Of a DNA stretch of 64,000 bases, positions 11,447-20,852 are shown one piece after another. The stretch comes from an uncultured Planctomycetaceae bacterium. GTDB taxonomy: Bacteria; Planctomycetota; Planctomycetia; Pirellulales; PALSA-1355. The DNA lies in the NCBI GenBank assembly GCA_963785305.1, contig CAWAUV010000007.1, positions 1,280,001 to 1,344,000 on the forward strand. The letters run 5' to 3'. Made by a program: the position numbers and the translations under genes. Positions within the stretch are counted from its first letter, which is position 1. Every line of letters starts with the position of its first letter. The notes under the pieces are model-generated. The model worked only from the letters and a program-made list of their open reading frames with translations, had not been told where the DNA came from and did no database searches.

Positions 11447-12670
11447 TCAGGCAACTGCCCGCAAGATGAGTGTGGTGTTGTTGCCGCCGAAGCCGAAGGA
11501 GTTCGAGAGCGCCATGCGCACTCGTTGCTCCCGGGCGACATTCGCCACATGGTTCAGCTCGCAGCGCGGATCGACTTCATCGAGGTTGATCGTCGGCGGA
11601 ATCACATGATCGCGCAAGGCGATGAGGCAGGCGACCGCTTCCACGGCGGCGGCGGCGCTGAGCATGTGGCCGGTCATGCTCTTGGTCGAACTGATCGGAA
11701 TCGTCCTGGCGCATTCGCCTAGGGCTTGGCACAGCACTTGGGTTTCCACCAGGTCGCCGACGGGCGTGCCGGTGGCATGGGCATTGATGTAGTCGATCTC
11801 ATGCGGTTCGATTCGGGCCTCGGCCATTGCGGCGCGGAGCGCGATCGCCGCCTGCTCCCCGCTCGGCGCGGGAATCACCATGTGGTGGGCATCGCTCGAC
11901 GAGCCACAGCCGGCCACTTCGGCATAGGGCGTGGCGCCGCGGCGACGGGCCGAGGCCCCATGTTCGAGCACGAACATCGCGCCGCCTTCGCCGAGCACCA
12001 TGCCGTCGCGGTAGGCGTCGAATGGCCGCAGCGCCTGGGCCGGGGCGTCATTGCGTCGCGAGAGGGCCCGCAGGTTGCCGAAGGCGCCCAATGAAAAGGG
12101 CGACACTCCCATATCGCAGCCGCCCGCCAGACACACATCGACAAGCCCCAGGGCGAGCCACTGCCGAGCTTGTTCGATCGCGTGGTTGCCACTCGCGCAG
12201 GCGGCGGCCACGGAGAGCGTCGGACCGCTGATGCTTAAGTGGCGTTCGAGTCGCGGGCCGATCGACTCCTGATCGAGCTCGGGCCGGTAGAGTCGCTGGC
12301 CGTGGCGAGCTACGTCTTGCTCCCAGACTTCGCTCCATTCGGAGCCAAGCCCGAGCACGATGCCGATTCGCGAGGCTTGCCTTCGTTCCCAGAGCCCCGA
12401 GTCGCGAAGCGCTTCGGCGCCGCAGTGCAAGGCGCATTGTTCGAGTCGATTGAGACCGGCGAACGCTTGGGCTTCGAAGCCCGCGGGGCACGGGACTTCG
12501 AGCACTTGCCCGGCCATTTGACAGGGATGTTGCGAGATGTCGAAATTCTCGACGCGGCGGATTCCCGATCGGCCGGCGACGAGTCCGGCGGCGGTTTCGG
12601 CGAAATTGGTTCCCAGCGACGATAGGGCGCCGACTCCGGTGATCCAAACCGATTGATGATCGCGTTTCAT
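11447..12670 (-). CDS. Beta-ketoacyl-ACP synthase (FabF-like)
   Basis: Cys-His-His triad in AAACASG, NAHATGT and KSMTGH. Also GEGGA and SNSFGFGG. Confidence 0.92.
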   Translation of the reverse strand: MKRDHQSVWITGVGALSSLGTNFAETAAGLVAGRSGIRRVENFDISQHPCQMAGQVLEVPCPAGFEAQAFAGLNRLEQCALHCGAEALRDSGLWERRQASRIGIVLGLGSEWSEVWEQDVARHGQRLYRPELDQESIGPRLERHLSISGPTLSVAAACASGNHAIEQARQWLALGLVDVCLAGGCDMGVSPFSLGAFGNLRALSRRNDAPAQALRPFDAYRDGMVLGEGGAMFVLEHGASARRRGATPYAEVAGCGSSSDAHHMVIPAPSGEQAAIALRAAMAEARIEPHEIDYINAHATGTPVGDLVETQVLCQALGECARTIPISSTKSMTGHMLSAAAAVEAVACLIALRDHVIPPTINLDEVDPRCELNHVANVAREQRVRMALSNSFGFGGNNTTLILRAVA

Positions 12671-13638
12671 GATTTTGTCAGCGGTTGGAGAGCGGGGGAG
12701 GAGAGCGTCGCGTCGTTGCGATTGGCCGCGAGACCCAAGGGCGCCGGAGCGCCGGAGATCGCCGGAGCGTGCGTGGCGGCGAGAGCGTCAGCGGTCGCCG
12801 AATGCAATTCGATTTGTTGCGTCAGGCCGCCGCCAAGCTCCGCGGTCAACAAGATACGGGCGCCGCGCGAGCCGCCGGGGCGACGTTCGCCGATCGCCCG
12901 CGCCTCGTGACACGCGTGGCTCAGCAGCGACAATCGCGAGGCTCGCGGCGCGGATTTCGCCGCGTCGTTTGCACTGGCGGCGGGGCGCATGCGCACATGA
13001 AGCGAGGAGCCGGGCCGTTCCGAGGGCGCGCCGTCGATCGCCATGGCCAATGCCAGGCAACTGGGTTCATTGATCGGTTCCGGGCGATTGGCCGCCACGA
13101 CATACTCGGGCTCCCAACCGGTCCAAACAAGCCAAGCGCCCTTGCTTCGCTGGCGCTGGAGCACATTGAGCGCGGCGAGCGCCCCGTCGCGCTCGCTTTC
13201 GCTGCCGCCGCCGACGCCGATCGCGGCGCCGCGGGCGCCGAGCGCAAGGCTGAGAGTGCTGGCCTGGGCATGGTGCATGGCGTTGGGAATGAACTGCATG
13301 GAGACGCCCCACGCGCCATCGATGGCGAAGCGATCGAGCGTTTGCGAGACCATGGCCCGGCCGAAGAATCGCGGCGCCGCGACAATGCTCCACGCCGCGA
13401 AGTCGACCGCGGCCAATTGAAAATGATCGATGGCGCGAAACACGGCGGCCAGCGCGGCCACGGTCTGATCCTCGCAGTGCTTTAGGGCAATCGGCGTGGC
13501 GTTGGGCGGAAAGAAGTTGGCCGACGTTTTGCGCGTTTGAGCGATTTCAGGGAGCGTGAGCCGAACCGCGCTCCAGCCGACGATCGGATAACGGCAATCG
13601 AACTCGGGAGCGGCCGAGGTGTTCGCGGGCATGGTCAT
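12667..13638 (-). CDS. Ketosynthase chain-length-factor-like protein (no catalytic triad seen)
   Basis: 4-bp overlap with the FabF-like gene. KS-N-terminal-like segment VSMQFIPNAMHHAQASTLSLALGARG. Confidence 0.6.
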   Translation of the reverse strand: MTMPANTSAAPEFDCRYPIVGWSAVRLTLPEIAQTRKTSANFFPPNATPIALKHCEDQTVAALAAVFRAIDHFQLAAVDFAAWSIVAAPRFFGRAMVSQTLDRFAIDGAWGVSMQFIPNAMHHAQASTLSLALGARGAAIGVGGGSESERDGALAALNVLQRQRSKGAWLVWTGWEPEYVVAANRPEPINEPSCLALAMAIDGAPSERPGSSLHVRMRPAASANDAAKSAPRASRLSLLSHACHEARAIGERRPGGSRGARILLTAELGGGLTQQIELHSATADALAATHAPAISGAPAPLGLAANRNDATLSSPALQPLTKS

Positions 13639-13683
13639 CGTGGCGAATGTTCCGGTGGATGAAGCGAATATTGGCTAGCGAGT

Positions 13684-14607
13684 TTAACGCTGGCCGAGCC
13701 GAGCAGGCTGGGCATTGGGAACGGCTTGGTTGATCGGAGCGGGCGGGCCGCTCGGCGGAGCATAACCCAGCGGCGCGGGCTGGCGGCCGGGCAGGGATTG
13801 GCCGACCGGCGCGGGTTGGCCGGCCGGCGCGGGTTGGCCGATGAGAGCGGGCTGGCCTATTGGCGCGGGGCGACCCGGCGGCGATTCACGCACGATGCGT
13901 TTCAGCTTCATCTGCGTGGGATAACCGCTTTCGACGCCCTCCTGACGCACGACCAACCCGTCGCGATCGAGCCAGATTTTGACGTCGACATCGCCGGAGA
14001 AGCGAAATTCGGTACAAGGAATCGTCACGCCATCGATCACCACGCGATCTTCGCCGCCGCGATTGATGCGAATCTTTTGCAAGGCGCCGGTCGAGGCGTC
14101 GATGATTTGCACCGGTTCGTTCAACCCGCGGAGCACGGGCAGCCGCCAGTAGTTCGAGGTCAATGCGACTTCCGGGCCGGTCACTTGCTTGGCGTTTATC
14201 TGGGCTTGGGTTTGGCCGGGCCGCACCAAGCCGCCCACGGCGTATTTCTTGCCGCCATCGGCGCCGGAGTTACTAAATCGCTCGAGCCGATCTTCGACCC
14301 AGGTCTCGGCGCCATGAAACTCGAAAGTGTATGTGTAGACCACGAGATTCATTTGCACGAGCGCATCGGTCGTGACTTGGGTGCGCCGGCCGGGATAGTG
14401 CTCGATCTTGAATGTGGTCGTGCCGCGAGGCGTGCCTTTGACGAGCACTTCGAACTCGCGGATTTCTCGGGAGAGCGGGGCCTCGTCGGCCGCGGCGGCG
14501 ATCGCGCGTGGCGCGAGGAGCGCGACGATCGCCACGATCGCGCGCTGGACGAGGTGTTTGCGGGATTCCGAACAATCGAAAACGCTTGGGGCGGGGTTTT
14601 GAAACAT
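13684..14607 (-). CDS. Exported DUF6134-like beta-rich protein with Pro/Gln-rich repetitive tail
   Basis: Hydrophobic leader AIVAIVALLAPRAIAAA. Core EFEVLVKG..G....I, YTYTFEFHGAETW...RL, TSNYW, VKIWLDRDG. Tail of GQPAPA-type hexapeptides. Confidence 0.6.
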   Translation of the reverse strand: MFQNPAPSVFDCSESRKHLVQRAIVAIVALLAPRAIAAAADEAPLSREIREFEVLVKGTPRGTTTFKIEHYPGRRTQVTTDALVQMNLVVYTYTFEFHGAETWVEDRLERFSNSGADGGKKYAVGGLVRPGQTQAQINAKQVTGPEVALTSNYWRLPVLRGLNEPVQIIDASTGALQKIRINRGGEDRVVIDGVTIPCTEFRFSGDVDVKIWLDRDGLVVRQEGVESGYPTQMKLKRIVRESPPGRPAPIGQPALIGQPAPAGQPAPVGQSLPGRQPAPLGYAPPSGPPAPINQAVPNAQPARLGQR

Positions 14608-14968
14608 CGCGGGGGCTCCTGACCGAGGGGGGCGGCGGCGCGATCCGCGCCGCGCGGGGGCGATCGGCGACGTAGCGGAAGCAAGCGGGGGCGAAGCATA
14701 GCGGAAATGCCATCCGCGAGCCAAGGCGGCTTTCGCAAGAACCTGCTTCAAGAAAACAGACGCCCCGGAATCCCCCGCGTCGCGAGATTGCAATTCAAGA
14801 GCAAACGCGGCGCGAGCCCGCGCGGGCCTTCCAGGCGTCGGCGAAATGTGAACTGTCTAAAATGTCATTGCGACTCCGAGAACTCGCATGGCTTAAATTC
14901 GCTGGAATCGCCATAATGGACAAAGTCTATCGACACATGTATCTCGCCTTGCCAGGAAGAGGGCTTTT

Positions 14969-16827
14969 ATGTGCGCCTTAGGATTGCGGTCGCTGTTGGT
15001 TGGAAACTGCTTGTGCAAGACGCCGCGGCCGGCGCGGGTGGGCTTGGCGAAGGTATTGCTGGTTGCGGTCGCGCTGCTTGCCGCGAGCGCGGCTCGCGCT
15101 CAAGACGCGTCGCCCGCGCTCAAGGAAGGCGCCACGCCGGCCGAGAGCGCCGCTCCGACCGAGAACGATGGGCAGGGCCTGCTCGATCAAGCGACCGAGG
15201 CGAAGATCACGGCCGAGAGCATGGCCGACCTGGGCGAAGTGGCCCGGCTGTGTCGCGAAGCGCTCGCCAAGGGGCTCGACGCGTCGAACACCATGTTCGC
15301 CAAGCAGCTTCTCGCCGGCACGCTCATGCAGCGGGCACAGTTCATCGGCGGCGAGATTTTCGATAGCCCCACGCCACCCGCGCGTTGGCCCGAGCTGCGC
15401 ACCCTGGCGCTGGCCGACCTGGAACAAGCGATCGAGGCGAATCCCGATCAAGAAGACGCCCATTTCCTGATCGCTCGATTGCAAATGCTGCCGGGCGGCG
15501 ATTCGGAGCGGGCGCTCAAGGCCGTGAATCGCGCGGTCGAGCTTTCCGACAAACATCCGGCGATGAAGGTCAAGGCGCTGCTCGAGCGTGCTTCGCTCGT
15601 TCATGATCCGGCAAGTCGCCGCGCCGACCTCGCCGAAGCGCTCAAGCTGGCCCCGCGCAATTCCGACGCATTGCGCATGCAGGGCCTGTTTCTGCTCACG
15701 CAAAACGAACCCGAGGCGGCGCTCAAGGTTTTCGATGAGTCGCTCGCCATCAACGACGCCCAGCCCGATGCCCACGAGGGCCGCGGCATGGCGCTCTTCG
15801 CCCTCAAGCGCTACGACGACGCGATGCTAAGCTTCGATCGCGTGATCGAGCTCGCGCCCATCTCGCCGATCGTCTACACGCACCTGCGCGGGTGCGGGCC
15901 ATCCGCGGGCAGTTCGTCGAGGCGATCTCGGAGCTCAACAACGCCTTGCAGTTGAATCCCAACCTCGAAGGCGCCCTGCTGCTGCGCGCCCGCGTTTACC
16001 AGCAAATGAAGCTCACCGAGAAAGCAATCGCCGACACGAACCGGGTGCTCGATCGCGACCCGGAAAACACCCAAGCCCAGCAGCTTCGGGCCCAATTGCT
16101 CGCCGGCAGCGGGAAGCTCAACGAAGCGATCGACGACCTCAAGAATTTGATCAGCAAGGATCCCGACGAATCGGAATACTTGCTCGAGCTCGCCATGTTC
16201 TACGCCGCCGACCAGAAGGCGCGGAAAGCGGTCGAAACCTACACGGAGTTTTTGAAGAAAGTCTCCGATAGCTGGATCGCGTATCGGGGACGCGGCGACG
16301 CGTATTTGAGCCTGGGCAAGCAGGCCGAGGCCGTGGCCGACTACGAAGCGGCGCTCAAGATCGACAGCGAAAACAGCGGAGTGCTCAACAATCTCGCGTG
16401 GCTCCTGGCCACGAGTCCCGAGGCCAAGCTTCGCAACGGAGCCCGCGCCATTGAATTGGCCACGCTCGCCTGCAAGGTGACGGATTACAAGCAGTCGCAC
16501 ATTCTCAGCACACTCGCGGCCGCGTATGCCGAGACCGGCGACTTCAAGACCGCGATCGAGTGGTCGACCAAAGCCGTGGAGCTGGGCGAGGAACCGATCA
16601 AGGCCCAACTTCGGCAAGAGCTCGCCAGCTACGAGGGCGGCAAGCCCTGGCGCGAGTCCACTCCGCCGGCAATCGCCCATCTGAATGAAGACGCCGAGGA
16701 AAAACCCGGCAAAGCCGACTCCGAGGGGCCCTCGATCGACGGAACTTCCGGCGAAGGGTCGACGGCCGACGAGGCGAGCCCGGATGCCCCCGGCGCGACT
16801 TCCAACCTGCCGCGAACCAAGCGATAG
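14969..16827 (+). CDS. Exported multi-TPR protein, frameshift near 15885
   Basis: Leader VLLVAVALLAASAARAQ, repeated TPR helices, C-terminal LNNLAWLLATSP...RNGARAIELA...TLAAAYAETGDF. Confidence 0.85.
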
Positions 16828-16839
16828 CCGATCGAGCGC

Positions 16840-17835
16840 ATGGCGAAACCCTCTGGCCAAAATCTGTTTCTGCTGACAGTCGCGATTGTTTGCGGCGTGG
16901 TCGTGGTTTGGCTCCTCGTGGGCGGCCCGCGAGATGGCGCGGCGCGCGACCCCGACCCCTCGGCCGCGCATCCCTTGCGGCTCGAGGACATTCCGTTCAA
17001 CGGCGAGCGAAGCTACGAATATCTCAAGCAGTTGTGCGAACTCGGCCCGCGCTTCAGCGGCTCGCCGGGAATGCGAGCGCAGCAAGAACTACTGGAGCGA
17101 TACTTTCGCGGCTTGGGGGCCGATGTGCGGTGGCAACCGTTCGCGGTGCGCAGCCCGCGCGACGGATCTCGCGTCGAGATGGCCAATCTGATCGTGACTT
17201 GGCATCCCGACCGCAAGGAGCGGATCTTGCTGGCCGCGCACTACGACACGCGGCCCTTTCCCGACCGCGATCCGCGGGACCCACACGGCGAGTTTGTCGG
17301 CGCCAACGACGGGGCGAGCGGCGTGGCGCTCTTGATGGAGCTCGGACGCCGCATGCCGCAACTTTCGGGCAAGCTGGGCGTCGACTTCGTGTTGTTCGAC
17401 GGCGAAGAGCTCGTCTACCACGACGACGATCGCTATTTCCTGGGCTCCGAGTATTTTTCGAACGACTACGCCGAGCATCCCCCGGCCTGCAAATACCGCT
17501 GGGCGGTGCTGCTCGATATGGTGGCCGACGCGAACCTCTCGCTGCCGCGAGAACGCTTTAGCTTCGACTGGCAAGACTCACGCCCGCTGGTCAAGAACAT
17601 CTGGGACACGGCTGCCCGGCTCAAGGTGCGTGAGTTCATTCCGCAGAACGGCTCTTGGGTGCGCGACGATCACCTCAAGTTGCATCAAAACGCGGGAATT
17701 CCGGCCTGCGACATCATCGACATGGCCTACCCTTTTTGGCATACCACGGCCGACACCCCCGACAAATGCTCGGCGCTCTCGCTGGCCAAGGTCGGCTGGG
17801 TGGTCGAGGAATGGCTCAAGCGCGCGGTGCGCTGA
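16840..17835 (+). CDS. M28-family peptidase / glutaminyl cyclase-like
   Basis: LAAHYDTR, GANDGASG, FDGEE, LLDMV, DDH and WHT zinc-site motifs. N-terminal membrane anchor. Confidence 0.9.
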   Translation: MAKPSGQNLFLLTVAIVCGVVVVWLLVGGPRDGAARDPDPSAAHPLRLEDIPFNGERSYEYLKQLCELGPRFSGSPGMRAQQELLERYFRGLGADVRWQPFAVRSPRDGSRVEMANLIVTWHPDRKERILLAAHYDTRPFPDRDPRDPHGEFVGANDGASGVALLMELGRRMPQLSGKLGVDFVLFDGEELVYHDDDRYFLGSEYFSNDYAEHPPACKYRWAVLLDMVADANLSLPRERFSFDWQDSRPLVKNIWDTAARLKVREFIPQNGSWVRDDHLKLHQNAGIPACDIIDMAYPFWHTTADTPDKCSALSLAKVGWVVEEWLKRAVR

Positions 17836-17905
17836 ACCGGCAGCCTTTGTCGAATATTTCAACGGCCCGCCAGTGCGCTATCAAGGCACTAGAGTCCGTT
17901 GCCGT

Positions 17906-18547
17906 TCATTTGTTCGCCTCGCCGGTTGCCTCGTTGCTCGATTCGACCGGCTTTGATTCGGCCGAATCCTGCTGACGTAGAAAAATGCTGAGCACGACAA
18001 ATAGCGCGATCGACAGATATTCCGCCTGCCAGGTTTGCAGCGTTGATGACCAGAATTTAGCCGAAACCAAAAATGCCGCGATGGCGATCGGCGCCTGGCC
18101 CGTTAGCGAGCGTTCCTCGTTGTAGGCGCGGGCGTCGACGACTATGTGCAACACGAGCGCAATCCCGAATAGCAGCAAAAACGCAAGGAACAGCGAATGG
18201 CGGTAGAGCCAGGAGTATTGGCTTGCCTTGGAGCGCCTCCGCCCGCGCATCGGCTTCAACGGATCGCGGGAATGCGGCGAGCCTCGCTGATAGAGGAACC
18301 CGCTAAACACGATCAACGAGGCGAGTTGCAGGAAAGCCGCCTGCCAATTCACGGCGAGACCCTCCAGAAAGGCGCCGGTGCGCAGATTATGCCAATAGCT
18401 AATCGGCGCCTGCCCATGCACCGCCAAAATCTCGTTGTGTAGCAGCCAGCCGGCAAAACTTTGCGCGACGATGCAGATGATGAAAAGCGAGAACAAGACG
18501 ATCGAGAGCGAGCTTTCTCGGATCACCTGCATCAGGTCCTTGGCCAT
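17906..18547 (-). CDS. DUF6766-like membrane protein
   Basis: Internally duplicated membrane unit (NWQAAFLQL...LYQRGSPHS / TWQAEYLSI...LRQQDSAESKPV). Confidence 0.75.
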   Translation of the reverse strand: MAKDLMQVIRESSLSIVLFSLFIICIVAQSFAGWLLHNEILAVHGQAPISYWHNLRTGAFLEGLAVNWQAAFLQLASLIVFSGFLYQRGSPHSRDPLKPMRGRRRSKASQYSWLYRHSLFLAFLLLFGIALVLHIVVDARAYNEERSLTGQAPIAIAAFLVSAKFWSSTLQTWQAEYLSIALFVVLSIFLRQQDSAESKPVESSNEATGEANK

Positions 18548-18845
18548 GGCGCTGCTCCTTCGTCGTGATGGCGGACGTCTTCTTAATCGCATGGGCCGCC
18601 TTCACGACAATGCACGCTTTCGGGCGTCTTTCCGCGGGGCATCATCATGCGCATTTCCATTCGCGAGGCCCAGTGCCTTGTCGCGGCTGAAATGACGGAT
18701 TGGATTCGTTCCGCGGCGCCATGCCCACGGTCCCGCGTTGGGCATGAGGAACGTGGGTCGCGCTTGAAAACATGCCCACGCAGGGCAGTGGGCGTGGCGC
18801 CGCGCGCACACCGAATTATCCATCATTTCAGCCGTGAAGGAAGAT

Positions 18846-18878
18846 TAGCGGCCTGTTGAAGATTTCAAGTGGCCGCTA
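18846..18878. repeat. Palindromic element TAGCGGCCTGTTGAA...TTCAAGTGGCCGCTA (related to 52093-52129)
   Basis: Imperfect inverted repeat overlapping the ackA stop codon. Confidence 0.55.
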
Positions 18879-20058
18879 GCACCCGGCAGACCATGCTCGC
18901 GATCATCCACTCCTCGTCGGTGTGAATCACGCGGACCGCAACCCGGCTCGCGGCCGCGGAAATCACGCTCTCATTGGCCGCATTGGACTTCTCTTCGAGT
19001 TCGATTCCAAGAAAGCCCAACGCATCGCAAATCCGGGCGCGGACCACCGGCGCATTCTCTCCGATGCCGCCGGCGAACACCAGGGTGTCCAGTCCGCCCA
19101 ATGCCGCCGCGAAAGCGCCAATCCATTTCTTGACCTGATAGCAAAATATCGCGACGGCCTCGGCCGCCCGCACATCCCGCGTCTCGCTCTTGAGCAAGTC
19201 ATGCATGTCGGAACTGGTTTCGGATATTCCCAGCAGCCCGGACTGCAGGTTGACCATCTTGTTGAATTGCTCGGCGCTCATTTTCTCCGTGCGCGCGAGG
19301 TACCAGAAGAGTCCGGGATCCAGATCGCCGGAGCGAGTGCTCATCGGCACGCCGGCGGTCGGGGTGAAACTCATGCTGGTGTCGATGGACTTGCCGTCGC
19401 GCACCGCGGCCAGGCTCGCGCCGCTGCCGAGATGGGCGAGGATAACCCGGCCTTTCGCGGCCTCGGCTCCGGCCCGGCGGGCCAGCTCTTCCATCAGATA
19501 CGAATAGGACAACCCGTGAAAGCCATACCGCCGCACTCCCAGCGCCTCGTAGCGGCGCGGGATCGGCAGCAACCGCGCCACGCGCGGCAAATCATGGTGA
19601 AAGGCCGTGTCGAAACAAGCCACCTGGGGAAGATCCGGAAAGCGGCGATGAAACGCCTCGGTTAACAGGATCTCCTCCGGCAGATGCTCGGGGTCGAAGG
19701 CGCTGAGTCGGCGGAGCTCCTCGACCATTGCCGGGGTGATTCGCCGCGGTTGATAGTACTTCGGCCCGCCCTGCACCACGCGATGCCCCGCCGCGGTCAA
19801 TTCGTCATGGCCGCGGCGGCTCTCGATCCAATCCATCAGCGCGCCCGCGGCAGCGGCGTGATCCGGCGCCGTTACTGGCCGCGAAAAATCGTCGACCGGG
19901 TTCAGTCCTTTTACCTGAAAGCGGGCATCCGGCAGACCGATTCGCTCAATCGCGCCCGCCACCAGACGGCGGAGCGGGCGATCGGCCTCGAACAGCGCGA
20001 ATTTGATGCTCGACGAGCCGCCGTTGATGGTCAGAATGCGTGGATTAGCGCGTGGCAC
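18865..20058 (-). CDS. ackA: Acetate/propionate kinase
   Basis: GTG 20058 after GAGGAG. INGGSSSIKF, GHRVVQGG, FDTAFH, RRYGFHGLS, HLGSGAS, TRSGDLDPG, GGIGEN, TDEE. Confidence 0.93.
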   Translation of the reverse strand: MPRANPRILTINGGSSSIKFALFEADRPLRRLVAGAIERIGLPDARFQVKGLNPVDDFSRPVTAPDHAAAAGALMDWIESRRGHDELTAAGHRVVQGGPKYYQPRRITPAMVEELRRLSAFDPEHLPEEILLTEAFHRRFPDLPQVACFDTAFHHDLPRVARLLPIPRRYEALGVRRYGFHGLSYSYLMEELARRAGAEAAKGRVILAHLGSGASLAAVRDGKSIDTSMSFTPTAGVPMSTRSGDLDPGLFWYLARTEKMSAEQFNKMVNLQSGLLGISETSSDMHDLLKSETRDVRAAEAVAIFCYQVKKWIGAFAAALGGLDTLVFAGGIGENAPVVRARICDALGFLGIELEEKSNAANESVISAAASRVAVRVIHTDEEWMIASMVCRVLAAT

Positions 20059-20068
20059 CGAGGACTCC

Positions 20069-20692
20069 TCAATCGTGTCGCAATCCCAAAGCAGCCAGTT
20101 TCGTGCCCGTCGATCGGTAATCCGCGTGAACAATGCCGCGAATCCCCAAACCTTCCGCGATCTCGACGAACATGGGCGTGTTGTCGATGAAGATGATTTG
20201 CTCGACGGGCGTCTGGGCGATGTCCAGCGCAAGCCGGAAGATATCCGCGTCGGGCTTTCGAACATGGACGAAGCAGGAGGAAACGAAAGCATCGACGATG
20301 GCGTCCAGCTTGAACTCGCGAATCCGATACGCGTTTACTTCGCGAGCCTCGTTGCTGACCACGACGATCTTCAACCCGTGCTGGACCTTGAGTCGAGCGA
20401 CCAGGGCGATCATCTCGGGGTAAGCTTTCGATTGCGCGAACATGCAGCGACGAAACTGAGCCCGAGTGAACGGCCTTTTTTCGTGAAAGACGAGTCGATT
20501 CAGGTATTCGTCCGACGTGAGCTTTCCCTCCTCATAGGTTTCGTACATCAAATGATGCCGACCCTCGATCTCGGCCCACGGCAGCTTGAAGTGCCTTGCC
20601 ACCCGTTTGCGGGCAAGATGATCCCAACCGTCGGTGAGCAAGACTCCACCGACATCGAGAAACAGCGTCGTTATCTTAAACGGTCTTTTCAT
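20069..20692 (-). CDS. HAD-superfamily (IA) phosphatase
   Basis: FLDVGGVL motif I, VSN, RKPD..IF, FIDN. Confidence 0.88.
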   Translation of the reverse strand: MKRPFKITTLFLDVGGVLLTDGWDHLARKRVARHFKLPWAEIEGRHHLMYETYEEGKLTSDEYLNRLVFHEKRPFTRAQFRRCMFAQSKAYPEMIALVARLKVQHGLKIVVVSNEAREVNAYRIREFKLDAIVDAFVSSCFVHVRKPDADIFRLALDIAQTPVEQIIFIDNTPMFVEIAEGLGIRGIVHADYRSTGTKLAALGLRHD

Positions 20693-20852
20693 TTGAATTA
20701 TCTTCGACGGAGTCGCGTTCGACGGATTTCGGACATGCTGTCTCTTCATCGGCGCCCAGTCGACGAGCGGGGCCGCGAGATGCCTCGATCCGATCGCCAC
20801 CGCCATGATCGAACCGCGTCGCAGCTCCCTTTTTCACCGGCCCGCGCGGCTC

